Position numbers and translations under genes: made by a program. Below, in pieces: positions 29,261 to 39,343 of a stretch of DNA of 64,000 bases; position 1 is the first letter of the stretch; each line of letters begins with the position of its first letter. Source of the DNA: Ginsengibacter sp. (GTDB lineage: Bacteria; Bacteroidota; Bacteroidia; Chitinophagales; Chitinophagaceae); contig JBQCHE010000020.1 of assembly GCA_051954975.1 (NCBI GenBank), forward strand, positions 64,841 through 128,840. The letters are read 5' to 3'. A model generated the notes under the pieces. The model was given only the letters and a program-made list of their open reading frames with translations, was not told the origin of the DNA and did no database searches.

Positions 29261-29602
29261 TTAATCAAAGAGATTATCCTCGTTTCTGCGATAGTAAATT
29301 TTGTCTTCCATAAATTCTGCAGTGGCAAGCAGTGCAGGATTTGGCATTCTTTCATACGCGCGTGAAATCTCTATCTGCTCTTTGTTTTCATGAATTTCTT
29401 CAAGACTATCTGTATGGCTTGCAAACTCTTCCAGCTTGTTATGAAGCTCTTCTTTTATCGCAATATTTATCTGGTTGGCCCTTTTTGCAATGATAGTAAT
29501 AGACTCGTATAAATTTCCGGTCTTATTTTTTATGTCAATTAGATTTTGAGTTTCTACCACATTAGCGGTATTACTATTCTGTTGACGCCTTAGTTTGCTC
29601 AT
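29261..29602 (-). CDS. rpoZ: DNA-directed RNA polymerase omega subunit-like protein (Bacteroidota type)
   Basis: 113 aa. NLYESITIIAKRANQI resembles the RpoZ/Rpb6 core, and the gene occupies the conserved position between bamD and coaBC. Confidence 0.6.
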   Translation of the reverse strand: MSKLRRQQNSNTANVVETQNLIDIKNKTGNLYESITIIAKRANQINIAIKEELHNKLEEFASHTDSLEEIHENKEQIEISRAYERMPNPALLATAEFMEDKIYYRRNEDNLFD

Positions 29603-30416
29603 TTTTTATGGTTTTAATATTATTTTGACTCAAATTTTTATATTCTTCGGCTTCCTTCAGAAGGGAGCTTTCGGGATAACGGTCAGCAAAATCAAAATAC
29701 TCTGCAGTAACTTTTGCATATCTTTCCTCTTGCTTATCGGCCACGCTTAATTTTGCAAATTCATAAAAAGATTTTACTGCCATCAGCATGTAGCTATCAC
29801 CTTTTGATGATTCAGGATAAGCGTTTATCAAATTGGAAAATGCAATTCCCGCAGCCTGGTACATTTGAAGATTGAAATACAGTTTTGCAGCCAGGTAATC
29901 TTTTTCTTCCAGCTTAGCCCTGCACTGCTCTATAATCTTATTAGCATCTGCTACTCTTTCAGAATTCGGATAACTATTGATAAATCCCTGCATCATGCCA
30001 ATTGCCTTATGCGTGTTGGTCTGGTCTAATTGCACGTTCGGAGATTGTTTGTAAAAGGTAAGTGCATGCATGTAAGCGATTTCCTGTGCCCGGCTGCTAT
30101 TGGGAAATACGCCGAGAAATCCCTGGAAAAGATTTTCGGCATCTGCATAATTTTTCTGATAATAAGCACAGTATGCATACTTGTAGTATAAGTTCTCAAA
30201 CTTATCAGAGCCTTTAAAAACAGGAAATAATTCTTCATACAATTGCTGGGCAAACCTGTATTTTTTATTATTAAAATACTCATCTGCTTTCTTTAGTTTA
30301 TACTCATAATCGGTGCTTTTAAGAACCTTTGCAAACTGGCTGCTACAACCAGTAAGCATCATAAAGGGTATAATCAATAAAACCAGGATTGTCTTCAACT
30401 TCATAAAGAGCCGCAA
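29574..30416 (-). CDS. bamD: Outer membrane protein assembly factor BamD (TPR lipoprotein)
   Basis: 280 aa, lipobox MLTGC, TPR-like repeats (YEYKLKKADEYFNNKKYRFAQQLYEEL...). Confidence 0.8.
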   Translation of the reverse strand: MRLFMKLKTILVLLIIPFMMLTGCSSQFAKVLKSTDYEYKLKKADEYFNNKKYRFAQQLYEELFPVFKGSDKFENLYYKYAYCAYYQKNYADAENLFQGFLGVFPNSSRAQEIAYMHALTFYKQSPNVQLDQTNTHKAIGMMQGFINSYPNSERVADANKIIEQCRAKLEEKDYLAAKLYFNLQMYQAAGIAFSNLINAYPESSKGDSYMLMAVKSFYEFAKLSVADKQEERYAKVTAEYFDFADRYPESSLLKEAEEYKNLSQNNIKTIKNEQTKASTE

Positions 30417-30493
30417 AATTAAGTGAATTTAGACAAAAATGTGTTTTAAATTAATGCAGGCAAAATCAGCGTAGTTAATATTTTCATAAGGAA

Positions 30494-30528
30494 TTAAAAA
30501 TAAACCCTCGCGAAAATCGTGAGGGTTT
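30494..30528 (-). terminator. Rho-independent terminator after the OmpA-family gene
   Basis: Stem aaaccctc(gcg)/(cgt)gagggttt with loop aaaat. On the minus strand it is followed by ATTTTTAATTCC. Confidence 0.7.
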
Positions 30529-30551
30529 ATGTAAGAATCTATAATTTGCTG

Positions 30552-32099
30552 CTAATCTGCTTTTAAATCTACGGTATTTGCGTCTCCGCCACCAATCTCA
30601 CAATTTTGTGTAATCCGGTCGGCACTGATGCCTTCTTTTTCTGTAAGATAAGTTTTGATCGCTTCCAGCCTTTTATTGCAAACTGCCTGTGAAGCTTTTG
30701 TAGCAGAAGGATATCCGCTCAATGTGATATTACAGTTGGGATTGTTTTTTAACTGGGAAGCTACATTTGAAAGCATTGATTGCGCATCGCCTGACAAGGT
30801 AGTGCTTCTGCCTCTGAATGAAATGCTTGGAAGATTGCCAAGGTTACACATAGTGGCCTGTGCAGCCAAAGTTTTACAACATTCGGGTTCCGGGCATTTT
30901 CCTACGCCGTCGGCATCCACAGGCTGACATTCAGTTGGTGTTATCAATTGTTTGTCTTTGCAATCCGGAACACCATCGCCGTCTGTATCTTTTGAAACGC
31001 CGTGGGTATCAACAGGGCATCCTTCCGGAGTATTTGGCTCCCTGTCAAGGTCATCCACAACGCCATCACCATCAGTATCAATATACTCAGTTTTCCAGTG
31101 TTTCATATGTTTTGGAACGCTGATTTCGCTATAAGCATAGTCAAGCGGATTGACCCACCATAGCGGTTCAACTGCCTTGGCTCCGACATTAAAGTTTAAG
31201 CCAACAGAAAAGTAATTATAACTGTCAAAATCTCTTGTTTGTGCAGGATCAAGCAGGGGATGCTCCTGCCATTGCTGGCCGTCTAATAAATCATCTTTGG
31301 TAAATGTAAATCTGTCTTCAATTGCAAGGTTCACCCTTTTGCTCAGTTTAAACGCGATTCCTGCAAGGCCAGTACCGGTTGGGCGCAACGGGTGTCCGCC
31401 AAGGGTAGGTTTGGTCTTGTTTTCATTTTGAGCTGCGGTATATGGAACACCTTTCAACAAGTCTTTTAATGCATCCCTGGTTTTTTTGCGGTCGCCATAC
31501 TGGTCGGTTACAGCCTGTACACTATTGAAATTATCGGGCACCTGTACTTTTGCATTATAAACGGTTGCCCCAAAACCAACGCCTGCATATAAAACCATAC
31601 CTGATTTCTGTTTGTGGAACCTTACATTATTTAAAGTAAATATTCCCTGCAACGACAAATCGCTAACGGTGGTTTTATAATTATAATATACTTTATCAAG
31701 ATCCGCAGCACTATAGCCAGACCATACTTCATTATTTGAATAGCCGTAAGAAGGTTTCCAGTTGAGGCCACGGGCTACTCCATATACATATTGCGCCCTT
31801 AGCGAAAAGACATATCCAACTGCTTTCCTGATATGAACTGAAAAGCCGCCGGTGGGAAGCTTCGAACTGACATCGCCGCTGATCGCGAACAATCCTCCCG
31901 AAATACCAATTTCCGTCTGGTTTCTTGGCCTGGCAGGGAAATCGTTTGTATAGTTCATAAATGCGTCCTGTTGCTTTTTTGCTTTGCTTGATATGACGCT
32001 GGAATCATAAACATTATAGCGGGCTGAATCCTGGGCAAATGAACTAATTGTAAAAAGGGAAAATATCCCTATAAACAGCAGAGTAATTTTCTTCGGCAT
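30552..32099 (-). CDS. OmpA-family outer membrane protein with thrombospondin type-3 repeats
   Basis: Signal peptide, N-terminal beta-barrel-like region, Ca-binding TSP3 repeats (DTDGDGVVDDLD, DTDGDGVPDCKD) and a C-terminal OmpA-like domain. Confidence 0.8.
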   Translation of the reverse strand: MPKKITLLFIGIFSLFTISSFAQDSARYNVYDSSVISSKAKKQQDAFMNYTNDFPARPRNQTEIGISGGLFAISGDVSSKLPTGGFSVHIRKAVGYVFSLRAQYVYGVARGLNWKPSYGYSNNEVWSGYSAADLDKVYYNYKTTVSDLSLQGIFTLNNVRFHKQKSGMVLYAGVGFGATVYNAKVQVPDNFNSVQAVTDQYGDRKKTRDALKDLLKGVPYTAAQNENKTKPTLGGHPLRPTGTGLAGIAFKLSKRVNLAIEDRFTFTKDDLLDGQQWQEHPLLDPAQTRDFDSYNYFSVGLNFNVGAKAVEPLWWVNPLDYAYSEISVPKHMKHWKTEYIDTDGDGVVDDLDREPNTPEGCPVDTHGVSKDTDGDGVPDCKDKQLITPTECQPVDADGVGKCPEPECCKTLAAQATMCNLGNLPSISFRGRSTTLSGDAQSMLSNVASQLKNNPNCNITLSGYPSATKASQAVCNKRLEAIKTYLTEKEGISADRITQNCEIGGGDANTVDLKAD

Positions 32100-32379
32100 A
32101 GTTTGTAGTTGTGGTTTCTTTTCTTTCTAAACGTTAGTAATGGGTGCAAAAGTATCAAACCAACATGAAAAGTTCAAACTTTTGAATTTTTTTTTATTAT
32201 TTATTTTTTTAATTCTTAACAGAGCCGCGTAGTCAACTGTTTAAATATATATATGTTATCTATTTGAGCACCACATTTGATATTATTTTACGGCTTTGTT
32301 GTTTTGCTGTTTTAAATTCTGAAGGTAAAATCGATTTATTTCATATTCTGTATTAAATTGCCTTTTTCCAAAAAACATC

Positions 32380-33342
32380 ATGCAGTTTCCTAGAAATCTT
32401 ATTGCCACCGAATTAGCCACTTTTGAAGAGAAGTTCGCTGATTCCGTAAAGAGCCAAACGCCTTTGCTGGATAGGATCATGAAGTATATTATCAAAAGAA
32501 AAGGAAAACAATTACGGCCGATGTTCGTTTTTTTGAGCGCTAAACTTCATGGCGATGTGAATGAATCAACCTATCGCGCAGCAGCGCTGGTGGAGCTATT
32601 GCACACAGCTACCCTGGTGCATGATGATGTAGTGGATGAATCGCTGGAAAGAAGAGGCTTTTTTTCCATTAATGCCTTATGGAAAAATAAAATTGCGGTT
32701 TTGGTAGGCGACTATCTGCTTTCAAAGGGATTACTGCTTTCTACAGGCGCCGGCGATTTTAAGCATCTCGACATTCTTTCTGACGCAGTTAAACAAATGA
32801 GCGAAGGAGAATTGCTGCAAATAGAAAAAGCCCGAAACCTCAATTTAAATGAAGACATCTATTTTGAAATCATCCGTAGCAAAACTGCTTCCTTATTATC
32901 TTCCGCATGCGCAGTGGGTGCGTGGAGCACCAGTAAAGATGAAGCGCTGACGGCGCGTATGAAACTTTTTGGAGAAAAAACGGGTATTGCGTTTCAAATT
33001 AAAGACGACCTTTTTGATTATGGGAATGACGATGTTGGCAAGCCAACCGGAAACGATTTAAAGGAAAAGAAACTGACCTTGCCTTTAATATTTACTTTGA
33101 ATAACATTTCCAAAAGTGAAAAACGGAAGATTATTTATATTATAAAAAATCAAAACAAGGAGCCTGATAAAATAAAGTATGTTTTGCAGAAAGTAACAGA
33201 TGCGGGAGGAATCAGCTATGCAAATAAAAAGATGATTCAATACAGGGATGAGGCATTGGCCATACTGTCCGAATATCCTGATAGCGAAATCAGAAAGGGC
33301 CTGGAAGAATTGGTTAGATATACCACTGATAGGAAATATTAA
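32380..33342 (+). CDS. Polyprenyl diphosphate synthase (IspB-like)
   Basis: First Asp-rich motif LVHDDVVDES and second FQIKDDLFD. 320 aa. Confidence 0.9.
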   Translation: MQFPRNLIATELATFEEKFADSVKSQTPLLDRIMKYIIKRKGKQLRPMFVFLSAKLHGDVNESTYRAAALVELLHTATLVHDDVVDESLERRGFFSINALWKNKIAVLVGDYLLSKGLLLSTGAGDFKHLDILSDAVKQMSEGELLQIEKARNLNLNEDIYFEIIRSKTASLLSSACAVGAWSTSKDEALTARMKLFGEKTGIAFQIKDDLFDYGNDDVGKPTGNDLKEKKLTLPLIFTLNNISKSEKRKIIYIIKNQNKEPDKIKYVLQKVTDAGGISYANKKMIQYRDEALAILSEYPDSEIRKGLEELVRYTTDRKY

Positions 33343-33471
33343 AAAATAGATATAAATTCAAAACTGATTTGACAGGAATCATAGTAAACGAACAATTAAT
33401 CCTGTTTTTAATTTTACAAGAAACTGCTACGTCTTTTTGAACTTAGCCGAACCTGCAGAAAAGAGTTATAG

Positions 33472-35184
33472 ATGGAAAAGAGATGGAAAATATTGAAAGC
33501 CGATGAACCAAAAGTATTGTCGTTAAAGAATTCTTTGGGCATCAGTTTACCATTATGCAATATCCTGGTGGAAAGAGGCATTGATAGCTTCCAAAAGGCC
33601 AAAGATTATTTCAGACCACAGCTTTCTCAATTACATGATCCGTTTTTGATGAAGGATATGGAAAAAGCCGTGCAGCGGATATTGCTTGCAATTGACAATG
33701 ATGAAAAAATCCTTGTGTTCGGAGATTACGATGTAGACGGAACTACATCTGTCGCAATCATGTACCGGTTTCTAAAAAGAATCTATAAAGAGGAGAGGAT
33801 TGAATTTTATATTCCGCACCGCTACAAGGAAGGCTATGGCGTGAGCAAACAGGGAATTGATTTTGCAAAAGAAAATAGTTTTGATTTGATTATCTCTCTT
33901 GATTGCGGAATCAAATCAGTGGATCTTATACAGTATGCACGTACATTAGGAATCGATTTTATTGTTTGTGATCATCATCTTCCCGACGAGCAATTGCCTC
34001 CTGCCACAGCTATCTTAAATCCTAAACAAAAAGATTGTACATATCCTTACAAGGAACTCTGCGGTTGCGGAGTAGGATTTAAATTAATTACTGCTCTTTG
34101 CTCACGGTTAGGCTTACACGAAAATGAATACCTGTGTTATCTTGATTTGGTGGTTTCGGCTATCGGCGCTGATATTGTGCCTATGACGGGCGAAAACCGC
34201 ATTCTCGCTTACTATGGTTTGAAGCGTCTCAATACCTCGCCCTGCGCCGGTATAAAGGCATTGATTGAATTAAGCCAGGTCAAACAAAAGTTCTCGATTA
34301 ATAATGTGGTTTTTATTATTGCGCCCCGTGTAAATGCTGCGGGAAGAATGGATGATGCCTCCAAAGCAGTGAGATTGTTTATTGAAGATGATGAAACGAA
34401 GGCGAAAGAATTTGCAGAAATGCTGCATAGCGATAACAGCGACCGCAAAGATGCAGATACGAACATAACAGAAGAGGCCCTGGCAATGATTGAAAATAAC
34501 CCCGAATTCATATCACGAAAAACGACCGTTCTGTTTCAATCTCATTGGCACAAAGGCGTTGTGGGTATTGTAGCCAGCAGGCTGGTAGAAAGCTATTACC
34601 GGCCAACTGTTGTTTTGACTTTGGGAGAAAGTGTCGTCGGAGGAAGTGCCCGCAGCGTACCGGGATTTAATCTGTATGAAGCGGTTCATGCATGCCGTGA
34701 GCACCTGATCGGCTACGGGGGCCATTTTGCCGCCGCCGGAATGTCAATGTATCCCGAAAATGTGGAAGCCTTCAGCCAAAAATTTGAAGAGGTAGTGTCG
34801 ACAAGTATTGATCCTCTCATGTTGATACCGGAACTTATTATCGATGCTGAAATTACCTTTAAAAAGATCACTCCTGGTTTTTATAACATCGTGCAGCAGA
34901 TGGAACCATACGGCCCTGAAAATTTGCGGCCTGTATTCATTACAAAGAATGTGGTGAGTACTCCGTGGACTAAAATTGTGAAAGAAAAGCACATCAGGTT
35001 TGTGGTAAAAAATGAAAATATTACCATGACCGGTATTGGGTTTAATCTTGCTGATAAATTTATTTTGCTTCAGATGAATAAGCCATTGGATATTGTATTT
35101 ACCATAGATGAAAACGAGTGGAACAATACAGTGAATTTCCAATTAAAAGTGGTCGATTTCAGGCTTTCTGACGTTGCCAACTAA
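33472..35184 (+). CDS. recJ: Single-stranded-DNA-specific exonuclease RecJ
   Basis: 570 aa with DHH motifs (VFGDYDVDGTTS, ISLDCG, VCDHH) and a DHHA1 region (GGHFAAAG). Confidence 0.92.
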   Translation: MEKRWKILKADEPKVLSLKNSLGISLPLCNILVERGIDSFQKAKDYFRPQLSQLHDPFLMKDMEKAVQRILLAIDNDEKILVFGDYDVDGTTSVAIMYRFLKRIYKEERIEFYIPHRYKEGYGVSKQGIDFAKENSFDLIISLDCGIKSVDLIQYARTLGIDFIVCDHHLPDEQLPPATAILNPKQKDCTYPYKELCGCGVGFKLITALCSRLGLHENEYLCYLDLVVSAIGADIVPMTGENRILAYYGLKRLNTSPCAGIKALIELSQVKQKFSINNVVFIIAPRVNAAGRMDDASKAVRLFIEDDETKAKEFAEMLHSDNSDRKDADTNITEEALAMIENNPEFISRKTTVLFQSHWHKGVVGIVASRLVESYYRPTVVLTLGESVVGGSARSVPGFNLYEAVHACREHLIGYGGHFAAAGMSMYPENVEAFSQKFEEVVSTSIDPLMLIPELIIDAEITFKKITPGFYNIVQQMEPYGPENLRPVFITKNVVSTPWTKIVKEKHIRFVVKNENITMTGIGFNLADKFILLQMNKPLDIVFTIDENEWNNTVNFQLKVVDFRLSDVAN

Positions 35185-35195
35185 TGCCTGATTGA

Positions 35196-35888
35196 ATGAA
35201 AATTCTTTATTACCTAAAATATTTTTATTTCATTTCTAAAAACTGGAATCCATGGCTGGGTGCATTTACCGTATATCACGAAATGAGAGGCGAAACAAAA
35301 TACGGAATTGATACAATCAAAATCGACCGGCTTCACAATGAAAAAATTGACAGCGAAAATCTTTCACATGCATCCATTTACCAGGCGAGTAATTATTATT
35401 TGCTTGAAAAAGCATTTGACTATCTTAAAAAAGAAAATGCAAATCATGCGCTTGTTGATTTTGGATGCGGAAAGGGAAGAATCCTTGCAGTAGCGGCATA
35501 TTATGGATTTAAACGGATAACCGGGCTTGATTTTTCCATGAGGCTTTGCATTGAAGCAGAAGCTAATGTTGAAAAAATATCAAAATTGTTTCCAGGAACT
35601 GAGTTTGAAGTGATATGCGATGATGCAGCTTTGTATCAAATTCGCAATTACCAGAATTGTTTTTTCTTTTTCAATCCTTTTGATGAAGTTGTATTATTAA
35701 AAGTGGTTAAAAATATTCTTGCTTCATTAAAAGCATTTCCCAGAAAAATCTATGTGATTTATCTCAATCCTGTTCACCAGGAAATTTTTTTAAGTGCCGG
35801 GTTTGAAGAGGAATATTTTTTAAAAAAAATGGAATACCTGGAGTTCGTGATTTTATCAAAGAAGCCAGAAATAAATTACTCATCATAG
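35196..35888 (+). CDS. Class I SAM-dependent methyltransferase
   Basis: Motif I LVDFGCGKGRIL followed by ITGLDFS. Confidence 0.65.
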   Translation: MKILYYLKYFYFISKNWNPWLGAFTVYHEMRGETKYGIDTIKIDRLHNEKIDSENLSHASIYQASNYYLLEKAFDYLKKENANHALVDFGCGKGRILAVAAYYGFKRITGLDFSMRLCIEAEANVEKISKLFPGTEFEVICDDAALYQIRNYQNCFFFFNPFDEVVLLKVVKNILASLKAFPRKIYVIYLNPVHQEIFLSAGFEEEYFLKKMEYLEFVILSKKPEINYSS

Positions 35889-35930
35889 TAAAGAAACAAA
35901 TACAGCGGATTTTTATTTTCTTTTGTGATA

Positions 35931-36551
35931 CTACGCGTTTTGTAAAACACTGGCAATAGTAGGAAAGGTGTTAGAAAGGTATTTTTTTAAATCTTCCTTT
36001 TCCACCCAAAGTATCTCAGAGATGTCTTCTTCGGTCTGTGGAATTAAATTTTCATTTTCATCTGCCTGCATTAAAAACCAGTGGGCCTCTTTTAAATTAT
36101 GCTTCCCAAATAAATTGTAAGTATGATAGGTGATGGCAAGTGGTTTTACGAGCGTAAGATGGTGCAGACCTGTTTCTTCCTCAACTTCTCTTATAGCGCA
36201 TTCTTCAATTGATTCTCCTTCGTCAAGTTTACCTTTTGGCAAATCCCATTTTCCGCGGCGGAACATAAGTAAAATATTGCCTGAACTATTTTTAACCAGC
36301 CCGCCGCCGGCCTTGATTAATTCAAAATGTTTAAAGAAATCGCGCTTCAGTTTTTGAAAATCGTTATCAAAAATTATCCCTGCATGAAACTGTGGTCTTT
36401 GTATCTCATGAAGAAGTGAATTGATTGCGGCGGTTGACGATTCATCAATAAATACCGCGTCGGGATGGTGCCGGTATTCATTAATTTGCGATGTAATTTC
36501 ATCACACAAAAACACGGGTTTGTCGTCAAAGTAAATTGTTATGTAGCTCAT
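35931..36551 (-). CDS. NUDIX hydrolase
   Basis: Nudix box GKWDLPKGKLDEGESIEECAIREVEEETGL. Confidence 0.85.
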   Translation of the reverse strand: MSYITIYFDDKPVFLCDEITSQINEYRHHPDAVFIDESSTAAINSLLHEIQRPQFHAGIIFDNDFQKLKRDFFKHFELIKAGGGLVKNSSGNILLMFRRGKWDLPKGKLDEGESIEECAIREVEEETGLHHLTLVKPLAITYHTYNLFGKHNLKEAHWFLMQADENENLIPQTEEDISEILWVEKEDLKKYLSNTFPTIASVLQNA

Positions 36552-36572
36552 ACTGTTTATTATCTTCGCGCC

Positions 36573-37211
36573 ATGACTGATAAAAAAGTGATTGCCGAAA
36601 AATTGCTACAAGTTAAGGCAATTAAATTAAGCGTTAATGATCCGTTTACATGGGCCAGTGGTTGGAAAAGCCCAATCTACTGTGACAACAGGAAGGTTCT
36701 TTCCTTTCCTTTTGTGCGTGATTTTATCAAATCAGAAATGTGTAATGTGATTTTCCGGGCTTTTGAAAATGCTGACATGATTGCGGGGGTTGCTACAGCC
36801 GGAATTCCGTGGGGTGCGATGGCTGCCGACCAATTAAAGCTTCCCTTTATTTATGTAAGGCCCAAACCCAAAAGCCATGGCCTCGGAAACCAGATAGAGG
36901 GATATTATGAGCCGGGAAAAAAAGTAGTGGTGGTTGAAGATTTAATATCTACCGGTAAGAGCAGTTTGCAGGTGGTTGACGTTTTAAAAGCGGCTGATTT
37001 GCAGGTAGAGGGCATGGTATCAATATTTAATTATGGATTTGACGAAGCAAAGAAAGCGTTTGATGAATCCGGTATCCGGTTGAAGTCCCTGACGGATTAT
37101 CCATCCTTGATTGAACTTGCCATTAATCAAAATTCAATTTCCCAGGACGACCAGGAGCAACTGCTGCAGTGGAGAAAAGACCCCGCAAATTGGCATACAT
37201 CGTCTTTATAA
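36573..37211 (+). CDS. pyrE: Orotate phosphoribosyltransferase
   Basis: PRPP-binding motif KVVVVEDLISTGKSS. I chose the Met at 36573 (MTDKKVIAEKLL) because the longer ORF from 36465 overlaps the divergent NUDIX gene. Confidence 0.88.
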   Translation: MTDKKVIAEKLLQVKAIKLSVNDPFTWASGWKSPIYCDNRKVLSFPFVRDFIKSEMCNVIFRAFENADMIAGVATAGIPWGAMAADQLKLPFIYVRPKPKSHGLGNQIEGYYEPGKKVVVVEDLISTGKSSLQVVDVLKAADLQVEGMVSIFNYGFDEAKKAFDESGIRLKSLTDYPSLIELAINQNSISQDDQEQLLQWRKDPANWHTSSL

Positions 37212-37364
37212 TTCAGAAAACTGCTCGTTAGAAAATGAGACTTAAGCTGCCGTTTGGACATCCATGTCCTTTAAGTTACCTTAGTGACTACCCCAGGGAA
37301 TTTTTCTTATTCTTTTTAAAATTGCAATTCCCCGGGAATAATTCTTCATGCAAGTCAAATAATT

Positions 37365-38438
37365 ATGAACAATTGGTGGCAACAGGTTTTTTTTCACAAT
37401 ACGATACAATCCTGGTTAATCGCAATAGGGATAGTGCTGATAGGTTTTACGGTTCTTAAACTGATCAAAAAAACAGTTATTTCAAGGCTAAAAAAATGGA
37501 CAGACAAGACAACCACCTCGTTTGACGATTTAATAGTTGCTGGTGTTGATAAATCTGTTTTTCCCATTCTATACATTGCTCTTGTTAATGCTGGCATGAG
37601 TTATTTGTCAATCCCTGAAAAGTGGGAGCACAGAATTTCAGTAGCGCTTTGGATTGTCATCATGTTTTTTGTATTGAAAATAATTGCCTCCGGCGTCAGG
37701 TATTTTATTCTTTCAGCCCTTAAAGACAAGGAAAATAGCGAGGTCAGGGAAAAGCAGGCTGGCGGCCTGATTGTGATCCTCAATTTTTGCATTTACATCA
37801 TTGGGTTCATTTTTGTTTTAGACAACCTTGGATATAATATGGCCACGCTCCTTACCGGCCTTGGTATCGGTGGGATTGCCATTGCGCTGGCAGCGCAGGC
37901 AATTTTAGGTGATTTGTTCAGCTATTTTGCTATTTATTTTGATAAGCCATTTGAAGTAGGCGATTTTGTGCAGGTAGATGATAAAGCCGGGGTGATTGAA
38001 TACATCGGGATAAAGACCACAAGAGTGAGAAATTTAGCCGGCGAACAAATTGTCTTTTCAAACAAAGATCTTACAAATTCGCGACTACATAATTTCGGGC
38101 GAATGGAAAAAAGGAGAGTGATTTTTAATTTTGGCGTTATTTATAATACGCCTATAGATACAATAAAACTGATTCCTGAAACAGTAAAAGAGATTATTAG
38201 CCAACAGGAAAATACAACTTTTGACAGGGGCCACTTTACCGGGTTTAATAATTCAAGTATGAATTTCGAATTTGTATATTATGTGCTTACCCCCGATTAC
38301 AATTTTTATATGTCAACCCACCAAACTATCTATCTGGCGATTCTCCGGTCTTTCGAAAAAATGAACGTAAAATTGGCCTATCCAACACAAACTCTTTTTC
38401 TCAATCGGACCTCTGAAAGTGAGGATAAGTTGGGTTAA
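37365..38438 (+). CDS. Mechanosensitive ion channel (MscS) family protein
   Basis: Several N-terminal TMs, then the MscS core ...LTGLGIGGIAIALAAQAILGDLFS...FEVGDFV...GVIEYIGIKTTRVRN. Confidence 0.85.
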   Translation: MNNWWQQVFFHNTIQSWLIAIGIVLIGFTVLKLIKKTVISRLKKWTDKTTTSFDDLIVAGVDKSVFPILYIALVNAGMSYLSIPEKWEHRISVALWIVIMFFVLKIIASGVRYFILSALKDKENSEVREKQAGGLIVILNFCIYIIGFIFVLDNLGYNMATLLTGLGIGGIAIALAAQAILGDLFSYFAIYFDKPFEVGDFVQVDDKAGVIEYIGIKTTRVRNLAGEQIVFSNKDLTNSRLHNFGRMEKRRVIFNFGVIYNTPIDTIKLIPETVKEIISQQENTTFDRGHFTGFNNSSMNFEFVYYVLTPDYNFYMSTHQTIYLAILRSFEKMNVKLAYPTQTLFLNRTSESEDKLG

Positions 38439-38457
38439 TTTTCAGCCGAATCGTTCA

Positions 38458-38907
38458 TCAAAAAAGTGAAAATGTTTCCTTCGATTCGTAGTTCACAGGA
38501 AAATACATAAATACGTTTGCCTTGCCGATTTTTACTTTCCCTGAAACCTTCAGGGTTACCTCCCTTCCCAATAAAGTATTCAGTGCATTTTGATAGAGAC
38601 TTTGCATGTTGACATCAAACATCACGGGTAAGCTAAAAGTATCCCGTTTGGGTATGGGAATAAGGGTATCGGTGGAACTATGGCCGAACAATTTTCCATT
38701 AATAAAAATATCCAAATCTGTATTCCTAAGCTGCATTCTAAAGTTATTCGGGTTGAAATAAACCAGGTCCATTTTGATCGTAGAATTACTATAGCCAAGT
38801 TTTTCTACGGAAAAATTATGGTATTCCCGATATTCCAACGCCTTGGGAGAGGAGCATGACATAAAGGCAAGCACAACCAAAAATGTCCCAATAAATTTCT
38901 TATTCAT
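38458..38907 (-). CDS. LEA_2 (LEA14/NDR1-HIN1-like) lipoprotein
   Basis: 149 aa, lipobox FMSC, all-beta pattern with ...DLVYFNPNNF...LDIFINGKLFG... resembling water-stress/hypersensitive-response (LEA_2) domains. Confidence 0.5.
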   Translation of the reverse strand: MNKKFIGTFLVVLAFMSCSSPKALEYREYHNFSVEKLGYSNSTIKMDLVYFNPNNFRMQLRNTDLDIFINGKLFGHSSTDTLIPIPKRDTFSLPVMFDVNMQSLYQNALNTLLGREVTLKVSGKVKIGKANVFMYFPVNYESKETFSLF

Positions 38908-39305
38908 TTCTCAAATTTTTTCTGTCCGAACCACAAAGATAGAATTCTTACTACTAAGAGCGTTAGCATCACGCTAATTATATAATAAAAATTATTTACT
39001 AATAAAATTAGTATTTTATAATTGAATTAATATATTCTAATTCAAACAATTATGTGACATTGACCAAAATTTAAATAGATGTACATGTTCAGCCTTATCG
39101 CCCATTGTAGTGCTTTAGAGTTAAGGTTTGCCTGTTTTGGGATAAAATAAGGCAATTATTAAATCAACAATCTCATATACATCCATATACATCGTATAAA
39201 TTTAATTTTATTTTATTTACAAGATAAATTTGAATTACAAGTTATATGACTGTACAAAAACGAGCGCAAAACTTACAAACCTGATTAAAAAGCTAAGAAG
39301 GTGCT

Positions 39306-39343
39306 GGGCTAGAATGTGACAGGATGTCACTAGGCCTGTTTTT
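39306..39343 (+). terminator. Terminator-like hairpin inside the ORF-free AT-rich region
   Basis: gggctag-aat-gtgac-aggat-gtcac-taggcc: inner stem gtgac/gtcac, outer stem ctag/ctag plus GC pairs with one mismatch, followed by tgttttta. Confidence 0.4.
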
